Part shown: positions 8,698-18,500 of the stretch, in pieces
How the letters are laid out: each line of letters starts with the position of its first letter
Numbering within the stretch: the first letter of the stretch is position 1
Virus record (IMG/VR): IMGVR_UViG_3300021121_000021
Coordinates: 1-29,498 of that record
Source: a virus
Lineage: Duplodnaviria > Caudoviricetes
Reading direction: 5' to 3' (one strand)
Length of the DNA stretch: 29,498 nt
Position numbers and translations under genes: made by a program
The notes under the pieces: generated by a model
The model's database searches: none
What the model saw: only the letters and a program-made list of their open reading frames with translations
Told to the model about the DNA's origin: nothing

Positions 8698-9836
8698 TAG
8701 GTTTTTAGGATCACCAAGTTATCATTACCACGTCCGTTAAACTTGACTTCAGTGGCCTTGATATCTTTAAATGCTTTACGTGCTGCTGGTTTGCCTACAC
8801 TGGTAATAGATTTGATCTGTTCTAGAGGCTTACGTAAGGTTTTTTGTACGGTAGTCGCAGGATCAAATCCAACAATGCTAGATCCTTTGATAGAGAATGA
8901 TCCTAAGTGTGAATCAGCTACGACGTGAATCAATTTACGTTTAGCAGAATCGTAAAGCCATGCTTCGCTGGCATTGACCAATTTGGTAGCAGGTTCGCTT
9001 TTAAGTTTAAGTTCTTCAAATTCTTTAAGATACTTGAATTTGGCTGCTACTTTTTCTGCAGGCACAGCTTTCTTGGCACGTGGTTTGCGTTCTACTTTCT
9101 TAATCTGTACATAGGTGTTACAATCGGCAATAACCTGTTCAGCAAACTTGATAAAGTTGCGTATTTGCAGTTTTCCAAAATGTCCGTACCCTTCCGCTAA
9201 CTGCCCGTCTTTGCCCTCGGCAACTTCTTTAAGTTCCAATAATCGACGTTCCCATACTTCTTTAACGTGTCCAATCATCTGCGGAGCAACATTCATACTA
9301 CGCAATAGACTAACAGGTTTATAGTCCGAAGACATTTTGCCACCGGCTATGATCATTTCGTCAAACATGCCTTCTAACTCGCCTGCCGCTTCAATCATAC
9401 GTTCACGTAGGCGATCTTGAATATTGGGTTTAGCTACTACTGCTTTTTCAGCTACTTCGACCACTTCAGCGATCGATTTAGCAGATTCAAGTTGATTGGC
9501 AATGGTTTCTTCGACTCGTGCCGATTCTTTTTCAGTTAAAATAAGTCCCAACAGGTTAGCACGGCAAATCCAACCAATGGTCATTAGTGTAGCTGCGTCC
9601 GAAGTTTTGGACAAGGTAGTGGCTTCCTTGCTACGACCATTACGATTCAGCCAATCTACAATGCAATCTTTAGCTTCTTTTTTACTGTAGTAATAGTTGT
9701 ACCAATTAAACATACGTGTTAAGGCACTGATACGCTCGCTAGGATCGGGCTGATCTTTCCATTGTGGTTCAGGACCAGTGCCAGTATCCAAGGAACGAGG
9801 AGTCATGCTTTTAATTGGTTTTTGTGCTGTAGCCAT
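8694..9836 (-). CDS. Hypothetical phage protein, 380 aa, probably early
   Basis: Long ORF with basic C-terminus (WLYDSAKRKL...GFDPATTVQKTLRKP) of a kind I recall from T4-like phages; start set at MATAQK because a sigma70 promoter lies inside the longer track ORF. Confidence 0.75.
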   Translation of the reverse strand: MATAQKPIKSMTPRSLDTGTGPEPQWKDQPDPSERISALTRMFNWYNYYYSKKEAKDCIVDWLNRNGRSKEATTLSKTSDAATLMTIGWICRANLLGLILTEKESARVEETIANQLESAKSIAEVVEVAEKAVVAKPNIQDRLRERMIEAAGELEGMFDEMIIAGGKMSSDYKPVSLLRSMNVAPQMIGHVKEVWERRLLELKEVAEGKDGQLAEGYGHFGKLQIRNFIKFAEQVIADCNTYVQIKKVERKPRAKKAVPAEKVAAKFKYLKEFEELKLKSEPATKLVNASEAWLYDSAKRKLIHVVADSHLGSFSIKGSSIVGFDPATTVQKTLRKPLEQIKSITSVGKPAARKAFKDIKATEVKFNGRGNDNLVILKTY

Positions 9837-9867
9837 TTGAGTTTTCCAGAAAACAAAATTATATAGC

Positions 9868-9896
9868 ATTGTAGCATAGCTTTTGATACTGGTCAA
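9868..9896 (-). promoter_or_regulatory. Sigma70-type promoter with extended -10
   Basis: TTGACC-17 nt-TACAAT with TG at the extended -10 position, 31 nt upstream of ATG 9836. Confidence 0.8.
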
Positions 9897-9912
9897 CCGC
9901 TTAGAAATACTA

Positions 9913-9919
9913 CTAAATA
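9913..9919 (+). promoter_or_regulatory. Late promoter box (CTAAATA) for HNH relic and gp14-gp15
   Basis: TAAATA core at the head of the plus-strand block. Confidence 0.65.
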
Positions 9920-9926
9920 CATCACT

Positions 9927-10106
9927 ATGCTGTTTATCGCCAACAAATACACCCGATGGTATTATGATATTGTAAATCACGCCAAAACACGAATTTTGGA
10001 TGCTAATCAATATGTCGAAAAACATCACATTATTCCACGTAGTTTAGGTGGCAACAATTGTAAGATGTTTACTAAAATGTTAGGAGAATCAAAATGCCAC
10101 GGCTGA
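9927..10106 (+). pseudogene. Truncated HNH homing endonuclease remnant, 59 aa
   Basis: Manual translation MLFIANKYTRWYYDIVNHAKTRILDANQYVEKHHIIPRSLGGNNCKMFTKMLGESKCHG*; paralogous to the 5546 N-terminus. Confidence 0.85.
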
Positions 10107-11452
10107 GTATGTACCGTCCTAATCAGACGAATGACTATCGCTTCTTTGATCGTACAATACATGAACAATTCACTGTTGGCGGACTTGATATTTTTGTACA
10201 CAAGTATTTAGGACCACAAGATCTTCAACTCAATGGTTCAAATCCCGATGTAACACAACCAGTTTATGATTCGACAAATCCTTTGTACATACAAGATTTG
10301 TTCTTGTTAGAAAACAGAGATCGGTCCTACGATCCTAATGTATATGTTATGCGTGGAGTATATCGCGCTCAAGATATCGATTTTGACCTAACACAGTTTG
10401 GCTTATTTCTAAACAACGATACATTATTCATAACATTCCATTATAATGATATGATTGATACATTCCAACGTAAGCTAATGAACGGCGATGTATTGGAAGT
10501 TCCTAACTTACGTGATTGGAATCCACTTAACGAAGCTATTCCCAAAGCCTTACCTAAGTATTATGTTATACAGGATGCAAGTTTTGCATCAGAAGGTTTT
10601 AGTCAAACTTGGTTGCCGCATTTATGGCGTGTTAAGGCTACTCCATTGGTTAATGCACAAGAATACTCACAGATATTAAATCAACCGTTTACTACAGAAA
10701 ACATCTGGGATAACGGTAATCAATATCCTTCTGGCACTATTGTAAATGATGGTAATAATTATTATACCGCAGCACAAGATGTTCCTCCCGGAACAGATAT
10801 AACTAATACTGCTTATTGGACTCCAACAACTCCTGCTACTGTAGGCGATGATGCCAGCACTCGCAATAAGGATCTTGCACTGAATGATGCCATACTTGGA
10901 CAGGCCGATGTTGATGTACCTCTATCGGGATATGATACTGTAAAGTTTTATATCTTACCTACAAATCCCGACGGTACTCCTGCTGATCCTGCTAATACCA
11001 CAGTTGACAGTACACATTACAATGCTGATCAAACTGGTGTGCTAGTGTCGGATGCTGCACAAACACCCGAAAGTGATGGATATACTTCGGGTTACTTAAC
11101 TGGAGACGGTATAGCACCTAACGGATTATCAGTTACCACAGGTGTAGTGTTTCCTCCTAATGCAACAGAAGGACAGTACGTATTGCGGTTGGATTACTTT
11201 CCAAACAGACTATTTAGATACGACGGTGTTATGTGGACTAAAATTGAAGACGCTGTTAGAACCAATCTCAACAACGGCCCTGACAACAAAACTCAACGCT
11301 CGGTGTTTGTTAATAATACATACACAGTACCGACAACAGACTTAGGTAATATTCCAAGTCGTCAGAGTTTAAGTCAACTGCTCGAACCTAAAGCTGACAA
11401 CGGTGACCAAGGTGGTAATTTCCCGCCTAACCCAAGACCACCAGGACAATAA
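10094..11452 (+). CDS. gp14: Neck/head completion protein (T4 gp14-like) with C-terminal extension
   Basis: DLFLLENRDRSYD, LTQFGL, GDVLEVP; AGGAG SD; precedes the gp15-like gene. Confidence 0.7.
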   Translation: MPRLSMYRPNQTNDYRFFDRTIHEQFTVGGLDIFVHKYLGPQDLQLNGSNPDVTQPVYDSTNPLYIQDLFLLENRDRSYDPNVYVMRGVYRAQDIDFDLTQFGLFLNNDTLFITFHYNDMIDTFQRKLMNGDVLEVPNLRDWNPLNEAIPKALPKYYVIQDASFASEGFSQTWLPHLWRVKATPLVNAQEYSQILNQPFTTENIWDNGNQYPSGTIVNDGNNYYTAAQDVPPGTDITNTAYWTPTTPATVGDDASTRNKDLALNDAILGQADVDVPLSGYDTVKFYILPTNPDGTPADPANTTVDSTHYNADQTGVLVSDAAQTPESDGYTSGYLTGDGIAPNGLSVTTGVVFPPNATEGQYVLRLDYFPNRLFRYDGVMWTKIEDAVRTNLNNGPDNKTQRSVFVNNTYTVPTTDLGNIPSRQSLSQLLEPKADNGDQGGNFPPNPRPPGQ

Positions 11453-12844
11453 ATGCAACAATTTTTCTATGACGAACAGATACGTCGTTTTCTCTTGCAG
11501 TTTACACGTATGTTTAGTAATTTTTCAATTGAATACGGACGAGCTAACTCTACCGATGCTACGCTAATACGTGTACCAGTTCGTTACGGCGATGCCACAC
11601 GTAATGCACAAACTATATTGCAAGAAAACTCTGCTAATAGCATGCCATCCACGCCACTAATAACATTCTATATTGGTGCATTAGATTATGATCGTCAACG
11701 TTTACAGGATCCTACCTTTGTAAATACAAGAAACGTTCGTCGGAGATATTATGACGCAGAAACAGAAACATACGAAACTGGACAAGGTAACGCTTTTACT
11801 ATTCAACGATTGATGCCTGCTCCATATAAAATGACTCTTAATGTTGATATCTGGACCAGTAATACCAATCAAAAAATGCAGTTGTTTGAACAGATTGTAA
11901 CATTATTCAATCCCAGTTTAGAAATACAAAGTAGCGACAGCTTCTTAGATTGGACCAGTTTGAGTGTTGTTGAGCTCGTTGGTGTTACATGGTCCAGTAG
12001 AAGTATACCTCAGGGTACTGAAAATCCCATAGATATTATGACTTTGAAGTTTGAACTACCCATCTGGATTTCAAGTCCTGCAATGGTTAAGAAGTTAGGA
12101 GTAGTGGAAAGAATCATCGCTTCAGTTTACGATGCCAACGGTGATGCAGCAGAAGCTTTACAAAACAGCGACTTACTATTAGGTACAAGACAAAAGTTCA
12201 CACCATTTAACTATCAAGTATTGTTAGTTGGTAATAAATTACAAGCACTAAAATATAGTGCTGTTATCGACGAACCTAACGCTTCTGTTAAAACACCAAG
12301 TAATCCTCCCAGCAATGAATTTTGGCCTGCTATTATCGGCATGTACGGCGGCTTTAGACCAGGTATTAGTCAAATACGGTTGGATAATCAATGGGGACAA
12401 GATACAGAAGTAGTAGGTACTGTAGTTGTAGATCCTACTGACGAACGCTTTTTAATTTTTACAGCAGATCTAGATACATTACCACAGAATACATTGCCGC
12501 CTATAACAGCTATTATTGATCCGCAAATAAGTGGGCCTGGAACTGGACTTCCTGTAGCAACAGTTGGACAACGTTATCTAATACTAAACGATATCGGTAA
12601 CTATGAATTATCGTATCCAACCGAAGCTTGGGGCGATTGTGTTGCTTACGCCAATGACATCATTGAGTTTGATGGTACCAGTTGGGTAGTGGCCTTTGAT
12701 GCACAAACTGGTGTTAATTTACAATATGTTACTAACATTACAACTAATATTCAATATCTATGGACTGGGTCAGAAGATGGTAAAAAATGGGTTAAAAGTT
12801 ATGAAGGCCTATATCCTGCTGGCGAATGGAGTCTAGTAATATGA
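11453..12844 (+). CDS. gp15: Tail sheath stabiliser/terminator (T4 gp15-like) with C-terminal extension
   Basis: FFYDEQIRRFLLQF, RVPVRYGD, YDRQR, MPAPY, QLFEQIVTLFNPS. Confidence 0.8.
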   Translation: MQQFFYDEQIRRFLLQFTRMFSNFSIEYGRANSTDATLIRVPVRYGDATRNAQTILQENSANSMPSTPLITFYIGALDYDRQRLQDPTFVNTRNVRRRYYDAETETYETGQGNAFTIQRLMPAPYKMTLNVDIWTSNTNQKMQLFEQIVTLFNPSLEIQSSDSFLDWTSLSVVELVGVTWSSRSIPQGTENPIDIMTLKFELPIWISSPAMVKKLGVVERIIASVYDANGDAAEALQNSDLLLGTRQKFTPFNYQVLLVGNKLQALKYSAVIDEPNASVKTPSNPPSNEFWPAIIGMYGGFRPGISQIRLDNQWGQDTEVVGTVVVDPTDERFLIFTADLDTLPQNTLPPITAIIDPQISGPGTGLPVATVGQRYLILNDIGNYELSYPTEAWGDCVAYANDIIEFDGTSWVVAFDAQTGVNLQYVTNITTNIQYLWTGSEDGKKWVKSYEGLYPAGEWSLVI

Positions 12845-13266
12845 ACGCAGTAGGAGTTTGGTTCTATAGTTTTGATACGCAACGGTATTTGTACCTAATG
12901 CGAAACGATAGCAAATATCCTAATACTTGGGGGTTGCCGGGCGGCAAGGCCGAACCAGGAGAAACACTTATGCAGACTATTGAACGTGAGTGTCAGGAAG
13001 AATTAGGTAGTTTTCCAGAATACATTCGTCTAGTGCCATTGGAAAAATTTACCAGTAACGACGGCGAGTTTGCTTACCATACATTTTTTTGTTGTGTAGC
13101 TAAAGAATTCCAACCTACACTCAATGATGAACATTTAGGATATGCCTGGATAGATACTACTACTTGGCCAAAACCAATGCACCCTGGATTATGGAATACT
13201 ATAAACTTCGATGTAGTAAAAGAAAAGATTGAAACTATTAAATCAGACGTTTATATGTCGCAATAA
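12841..13266 (+). CDS. NUDIX hydrolase
   Basis: Nudix box GGKAEPGETLMQTIERECQEELG; EHLGYAW; ATGA overlap with gp15. Confidence 0.9.
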   Translation: MNAVGVWFYSFDTQRYLYLMRNDSKYPNTWGLPGGKAEPGETLMQTIERECQEELGSFPEYIRLVPLEKFTSNDGEFAYHTFFCCVAKEFQPTLNDEHLGYAWIDTTTWPKPMHPGLWNTINFDVVKEKIETIKSDVYMSQ

Positions 13267-13913
13267 GAAATCCATGTACGGTAGTCCATACAACTAACAT
13301 TAGTATTACTTCTCCAGATTTCTGGCATATTCGACGATACTCCAACTAAAATAAATTTGGTTGTATCATAAGCATTAAAAATTATGTTTATCTGATCAAT
13401 CCAAGCAGTATTTCCATATGGGGTTTCGTTATTATAACCTAATAGAAAAATTTCTTCGTGACCATCAAATGCTGCCAAATATATCGGCAATACGATTTCG
13501 TCAAACTGCGGAGCATACGGAATCAAATAGAAATTACCAGGATATTTTAAACAATTTTTAGAATTAGTGAATACAATATTGTTATCAGAATATTGTTTTT
13601 CGTTTATCTTATTAAGATTGTCAGCGTCAAGAGCTGCAATAAAATCAAAAGTCATATTTTCCCAGAGACGACCGCAACTATAAGTTTGCAGTTTCTTTTT
13701 TCCAAGAAGTCCGCCTCGGTGTTTTTCTAAACGTTTATAATCAAATACTTCAAGATCTGTGTTACTTCCAATCACTGCCGCACGACCGGAGATATGATGA
13801 TTTTCGATTGCATTAGGAATCCATTCTCTTTTTTGATCTTTAAGGGCCTGTGACCAATGGGATCTTGCTATTACAAATTCGCCATCGTAATCTTTGCGGT
13901 ATTTGGCTTCCAT
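13251..13913 (-). CDS. Hypothetical protein, possibly Maf/sialyltransferase-like fold
   Basis: AAVIGS...TYSCGRLW...FDFIAALD...IYLAAFDGHEEIFLLGY; fold assignment tentative. Confidence 0.5.
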   Translation of the reverse strand: MEAKYRKDYDGEFVIARSHWSQALKDQKREWIPNAIENHHISGRAAVIGSNTDLEVFDYKRLEKHRGGLLGKKKLQTYSCGRLWENMTFDFIAALDADNLNKINEKQYSDNNIVFTNSKNCLKYPGNFYLIPYAPQFDEIVLPIYLAAFDGHEEIFLLGYNNETPYGNTAWIDQINIIFNAYDTTKFILVGVSSNMPEIWRSNTNVSCMDYRTWISYCDI

Positions 13914-14299
13914 TACATACGACCTACAATTATTTCTATTAGACCTTCGTCACTGCCGTCATAACTGGTTAATGCTTTACCAACAATACAACCAGGTTGC
14001 CAGTAATCTGGATCAATTGTGCATCCAAGTCCTAGCCCATTAGCAACAATGCAATCGCCTATGCTAACAGGTCCTTGTACTCGACAAAGTGCTCGTCCTA
14101 CAAGTGCTACCTTAGTAACAAATTCGCCGGTTAATTCTGAGTTTAATACATAAGCAGAAGTTTCAGTTACTACTCCAACTACTCTATAGTCGTGATAATT
14201 GGTACCCGAAACAGTAACATCAGCAGGGCCGCCTGTTATTAAAAGTGTTCCAACTGGATAGTTGTCATCTGCTAAGTATTTTTCTGATAAATCTAACAT
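13913..14299 (-). CDS. Stand-alone intramolecular-chaperone (peptidase G2-like) domain protein
   Basis: Whole protein aligns by eye to the C-termini of three upstream fibre genes (DLSEKY, VVGVVT, VALVGRALCRVQG, GCIVGKAL, IEIIVGR); own GGGAG SD. Confidence 0.75.
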   Translation of the reverse strand: MLDLSEKYLADDNYPVGTLLITGGPADVTVSGTNYHDYRVVGVVTETSAYVLNSELTGEFVTKVALVGRALCRVQGPVSIGDCIVANGLGLGCTIDPDYWQPGCIVGKALTSYDGSDEGLIEIIVGRM

Positions 14300-14315
14300 T
14301 TATTTCTCCCGAGAC

Positions 14316-15521
14316 TTAATATCGTCCTACTGCTACTTCAATAATTTGAATACTGTTATCATTAATAGATTCTAAACTTTTACCAATTATACAGCCAGGT
14401 TCATAATGATTCATATCAAGTTTTCCTGCAACTCCGCCAGCAAAATTAATTAATCGATCACCTTTTTTAACTGGTCCTTTTACTAAACACGGAACACGAC
14501 CTGTTAATGCTACTGCTACGCTAGTTGGATTAGTTAGTCCCGAATTCATTAAGTAACTAGGATTAGTCGATATAATACCAGCTACAGCGGGATCGTGGCT
14601 ATTGTTGCTTATTGTTACTTCTGCATCACCGCCAAATACTACAACCGTTCCTGGCGGGTATGTATGGTCTGATTCGTACATTTCTGCCAAGTCAGCATAT
14701 TGAGCTGATGTAGCTTTGGCAAATACTGTGTTGAAATATGTTGTTGAGCTACCAATATTACCTACACCGTTAGCGTTACTATTAGTGATATTTCCTGTTT
14801 GTATACCGGTTGTAGTAAATGTTGCTACAGCAGCGGTTCCTGCTACACCTACTGTGACGTTACCGCTAGCTGCAACCGATACGTTACTTGTACCGTTAGT
14901 AATACTTGTGCCACCACCAGCGCTGATACCAGTTAACTGGCTACCGTTACCAAAAATGTAGTTGCCAGTAATGTTTCCAGCAGCACTTACAGAACCAGTT
15001 GCAGAAATTGTGCCGGATATCACTACACCAGTTGAACTTACAGTTAATACACCGGCTGTACCACCTGAACTAACAGTAACGTTTCCGTTTGTAGTGACTG
15101 ATACGTTACTGTTTCCAGATTTTAATGAGCTTGAACCGTTGCTTTGTACAAATGTTAAACTGGTTGTACCTACTGTAATAGGATCATCTGTGGTCAATTC
15201 CCAAACTGTATCTGCATAGGTTGTACCTTGGCTGACCATAACCAACATACCGCCTAGTATCTGTCCAGTCGAACTGGCATCTACTGTTCTAACCCAAGTA
15301 CCAGTAGATCCTGCACCCACGGTTTGCACATAGTAGATACCGTTTTGACTGCCAGTAGATTGTCCAGCAACTAGTACTCGATCGTTAACCGAAAGCGTCA
15401 CGCCGTCTACAACGTTCGGAGCACCGCCTGCTAGTGTTACGTTTGTCAACGAAACTACTCGAACAGCCTGTTTATAGTCAATGTTCGATATTTGCGATGC
15501 GTTAATACGTGTTAAGCCCAT
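14316..15521 (-). CDS. Virion fibre/appendage protein with C-terminal chaperone domain
   Basis: N-terminal KQAVRV..DGVTLSVNDRVLV..Q..NGIY domain typical of phage fibres; G/S/T/N-rich shaft; YADLAEMY domain. Confidence 0.75.
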   Translation of the reverse strand: MGLTRINASQISNIDYKQAVRVVSLTNVTLAGGAPNVVDGVTLSVNDRVLVAGQSTGSQNGIYYVQTVGAGSTGTWVRTVDASSTGQILGGMLVMVSQGTTYADTVWELTTDDPITVGTTSLTFVQSNGSSSLKSGNSNVSVTTNGNVTVSSGGTAGVLTVSSTGVVISGTISATGSVSAAGNITGNYIFGNGSQLTGISAGGGTSITNGTSNVSVAASGNVTVGVAGTAAVATFTTTGIQTGNITNSNANGVGNIGSSTTYFNTVFAKATSAQYADLAEMYESDHTYPPGTVVVFGGDAEVTISNNSHDPAVAGIISTNPSYLMNSGLTNPTSVAVALTGRVPCLVKGPVKKGDRLINFAGGVAGKLDMNHYEPGCIIGKSLESINDNSIQIIEVAVGRY

Positions 15522-15542
15522 TATTTTACCCGTTCAATGCAA

Positions 15543-15549
15543 TATTTAG
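15543..15549 (-). promoter_or_regulatory. Late promoter box (CTAAATA)
   Basis: Directly after the terminator, 21 nt before ATG 15521. Confidence 0.65.
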
Positions 15550-15551
15550 TC

Positions 15552-15585
15552 AAAAAAAATAGGGTAGATCAAATCTACCCTATTT
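15552..15585 (-). terminator. Intrinsic terminator after the large fibre gene
   Basis: AAATAGGGTAGAT-TTG-ATCTACCCTATTTTTTTT. Confidence 0.85.
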
Positions 15586-15597
15586 AAGTTTAGAAGT

Positions 15598-18500
15598 TTA
15601 TAGTCGTCCAACTACAACTTCGATCACTCCATCTGTGCCGTTGAAGTCTGCCAATGCCTTACCAATTACAGAACCAACTTTTGGATCTGTTTCGGATCTT
15701 GCACGACCGTCGGCTGTAGCAACCATCATATCACCTTTGGCTACCAAACCTGTAACCTTAACCGGTACTCGTCCTGTTAATGCTACCGGCACTACATAAT
15801 CACCAGCTTGTCCCGAGTTCATCAAGTAACTTGGGTTAGTAGATACAACACCTGCTACACGTCGACTTGAATCTTCGCCGCATGCAGTAACTTCGTTATT
15901 GCCACCAAATACCACAACTGTACCAGGTTCAATAATGCCGTCTGCTACATACATCTCTGCCAAGTCAGCGTATTGTGCTGAAGTTGCTTTAGCATATATT
16001 GTATTAAATGTTGCAGTTGCACTACCAATATTATATGTGGCGTTTGCTGTAGGTAATAAGTTACCAGTTATATCAAATTCACTAGCAGTAGCAGAGCCTT
16101 GGAAAGTAGCATTACCAGCTGCGTTTTGTAAACCAATAACTGTTGTAGTTGTTGTTAGTTCACGTACATCAATGATATCAGATACCGCAGGTGCTTCAGT
16201 AAATGTTAGTGTAGTTCCTGATACCGAGTAAGCAGTAGTTGGGATCTGAACAACACCGTTAATAGCAACAATAGTTGCAGCAGTGGTTGATGCAGTACCA
16301 ATTGTAAAGGCTGTCTGCGCTCCGTTACCTACAAAACTATCTGCGTTGATAATTGTAAATGTTGTACCAGCTGTTGTCCAAGCATTTGCAGTATAGTATT
16401 CAATAACACCTTGTGTAGTGTTATATCGTAACATACCTGTTACTGGTGTGCTTGGACGTTGACTTGTAGTACCAACTGGAATAATCATTGAGTTGGTAGT
16501 TGAAATATTCAACGCAGCATTTGTTACCGCAGTAGCGGTTGCGTTACCAATAACAACAGTATTAGTTGCAGCATCAACAACAAATACGTTTGATGTTGTA
16601 CCGCTTACACGGAAGTTAATGTTGGCATTAGCCGAGTTAACAGTTAAGTTAGCACCAACGGTAGTAATATTATCACCGCTGATACGGATATTACCTAATG
16701 CAGCAGTTCCAGCAGTAGTTAAGTTACCACCTGTAACGTTACCAGTCGCACTAACTAGTCCGCCAGTTAAGATATTGCCACCAGTTACATTACCGGTCAC
16801 AGTTACTAAACCACCTGTAGTTACGTTACCACCTGTAACGTTACCTGTAGCTGATACTAAGCCACCTGTTGTTACGTTGCCGCCTGCAATGTTACCAGTA
16901 GCACTAACAGTTGCAGAATTAACTGCACTTGTAATGTTAGCATTACCGCCGACTAAGTTTCCGCTTGCACTAACAGTAACACCCTGTACTAATGCAGAAC
17001 TAATTACGTTACCACCGTTTACGTTACCAGTTGCTGATACTAAACCACCTGTAGTTACGTTACCACCAGTTACGTTACCAGTTGCTGATACTAAACCACC
17101 TGTAGTTACGTTACCACCAGTTACGTTACCTGTAGCTGATACGACACCGCTAGTGTTTAGGTTGCCGCCGGTTACGTTACCGTTCGCCGAAATAAGTCCA
17201 GTTACATATTGTCCTGTGGTTGCAAAAACTACTACGTTACTTGTGCCACCAATTGTAATGTTTGCATTACCGTTTACGGTTGTAGTAACGTTAGTTGTAC
17301 CATTTGTAAGTGCTGTAGCTGTAGTAGCTGCAACACCAGTTAATTGGCTACCGTTACCAATGAAGTAGCTACTTGGGTTTGCTGTGATATTACCTGCAGC
17401 ACTGATTGCTCCAGCTGTTGCTATGTTACCGCCTGTGATATTACCTGTTGCACTAACAGCACCGCCAGTAGTTAAGTTTCCACCTGTAACGTTACCGTTT
17501 GCAGAAACAACACCTAATACCGAAATACCAGTTGCGCTTGTTGTTAATATAGCATTACTTGTTGATGCGTTACCAATGAATACAATAACTTGTCCGTTTG
17601 TTGAACCTAAAATTAAGTTACCTACGTTAGCAGCATTATATGATGGTCCAGTTGCTGAGTTACCAACAACATACAAGTAACCATCGTTTGCACCGTAAAT
17701 GTTAGCACCATATGCAGTTCCGTTAAATGTGGAACTTGTGATACCCATATCAATAAAAAACGTAGTATCTGTACCGTTATTATTGTATAAGGCTAAATCT
17801 GTGGAAGCGTTACTTAAACCGTTATAGTTTTGGAAGGCAAACTGTACAGAACTATTAGCATATCCGCCTAGTACAGCAACTGCTAGACCGTGTGCATTTA
17901 CGTTGCTAACGTTACCAAATACTGCTGAATATGCGCCTGTTGTTGCAGTTCCAGTTGCGATAATGCTATTACCTGTAATATTGCCGCCTGCGCTTACAAC
18001 ACCGCCAGTTAAGACGTTACCGTGTGTGGCATTACCAGTGCTTGATACAATACCGCCAGTTAAGACGTTACCACCAGTTATGTTACCTGTAGCTGTTACA
18101 ACACCGGCTGTGTTTACGTTACCACCAGTTATGTTACCTGTAGCTGTTACAACACCGGCTGTGTTTACGTTACCACCAGTTACGTTACCGGTTGCAGTTA
18201 CTAAACCACCTGTGTTTACGTTAGCACCAGTTATGTTACCTGTTGCAGTAATTAAACCTAACGAAGTAATTGCACCCATTTTAACAGCATCATATACTGT
18301 GTTAGCGTCAAACGTTACAACACCAAGTGTAGGTTCTGCAACGTTACTGAAAAACTTCCAAACATTATCGTTGAAATCTCTCACAACACCAGTGTGCTGA
18401 TAACCGTTTCCAGGATAAGGACCAGTTGTCGAAAAGTGGCTATAAAAACCAATATCGTAATTGTATGGATATGTGTTAGCCGAATACAAGTACAGTAGTG

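Noticed and set aside
9837-10028. N-terminal extension of the 444-aa track ORF
   Set aside because: Overlaps the sigma70 promoter, a late box and the antisense HNH relic; start 9836 is more plausible
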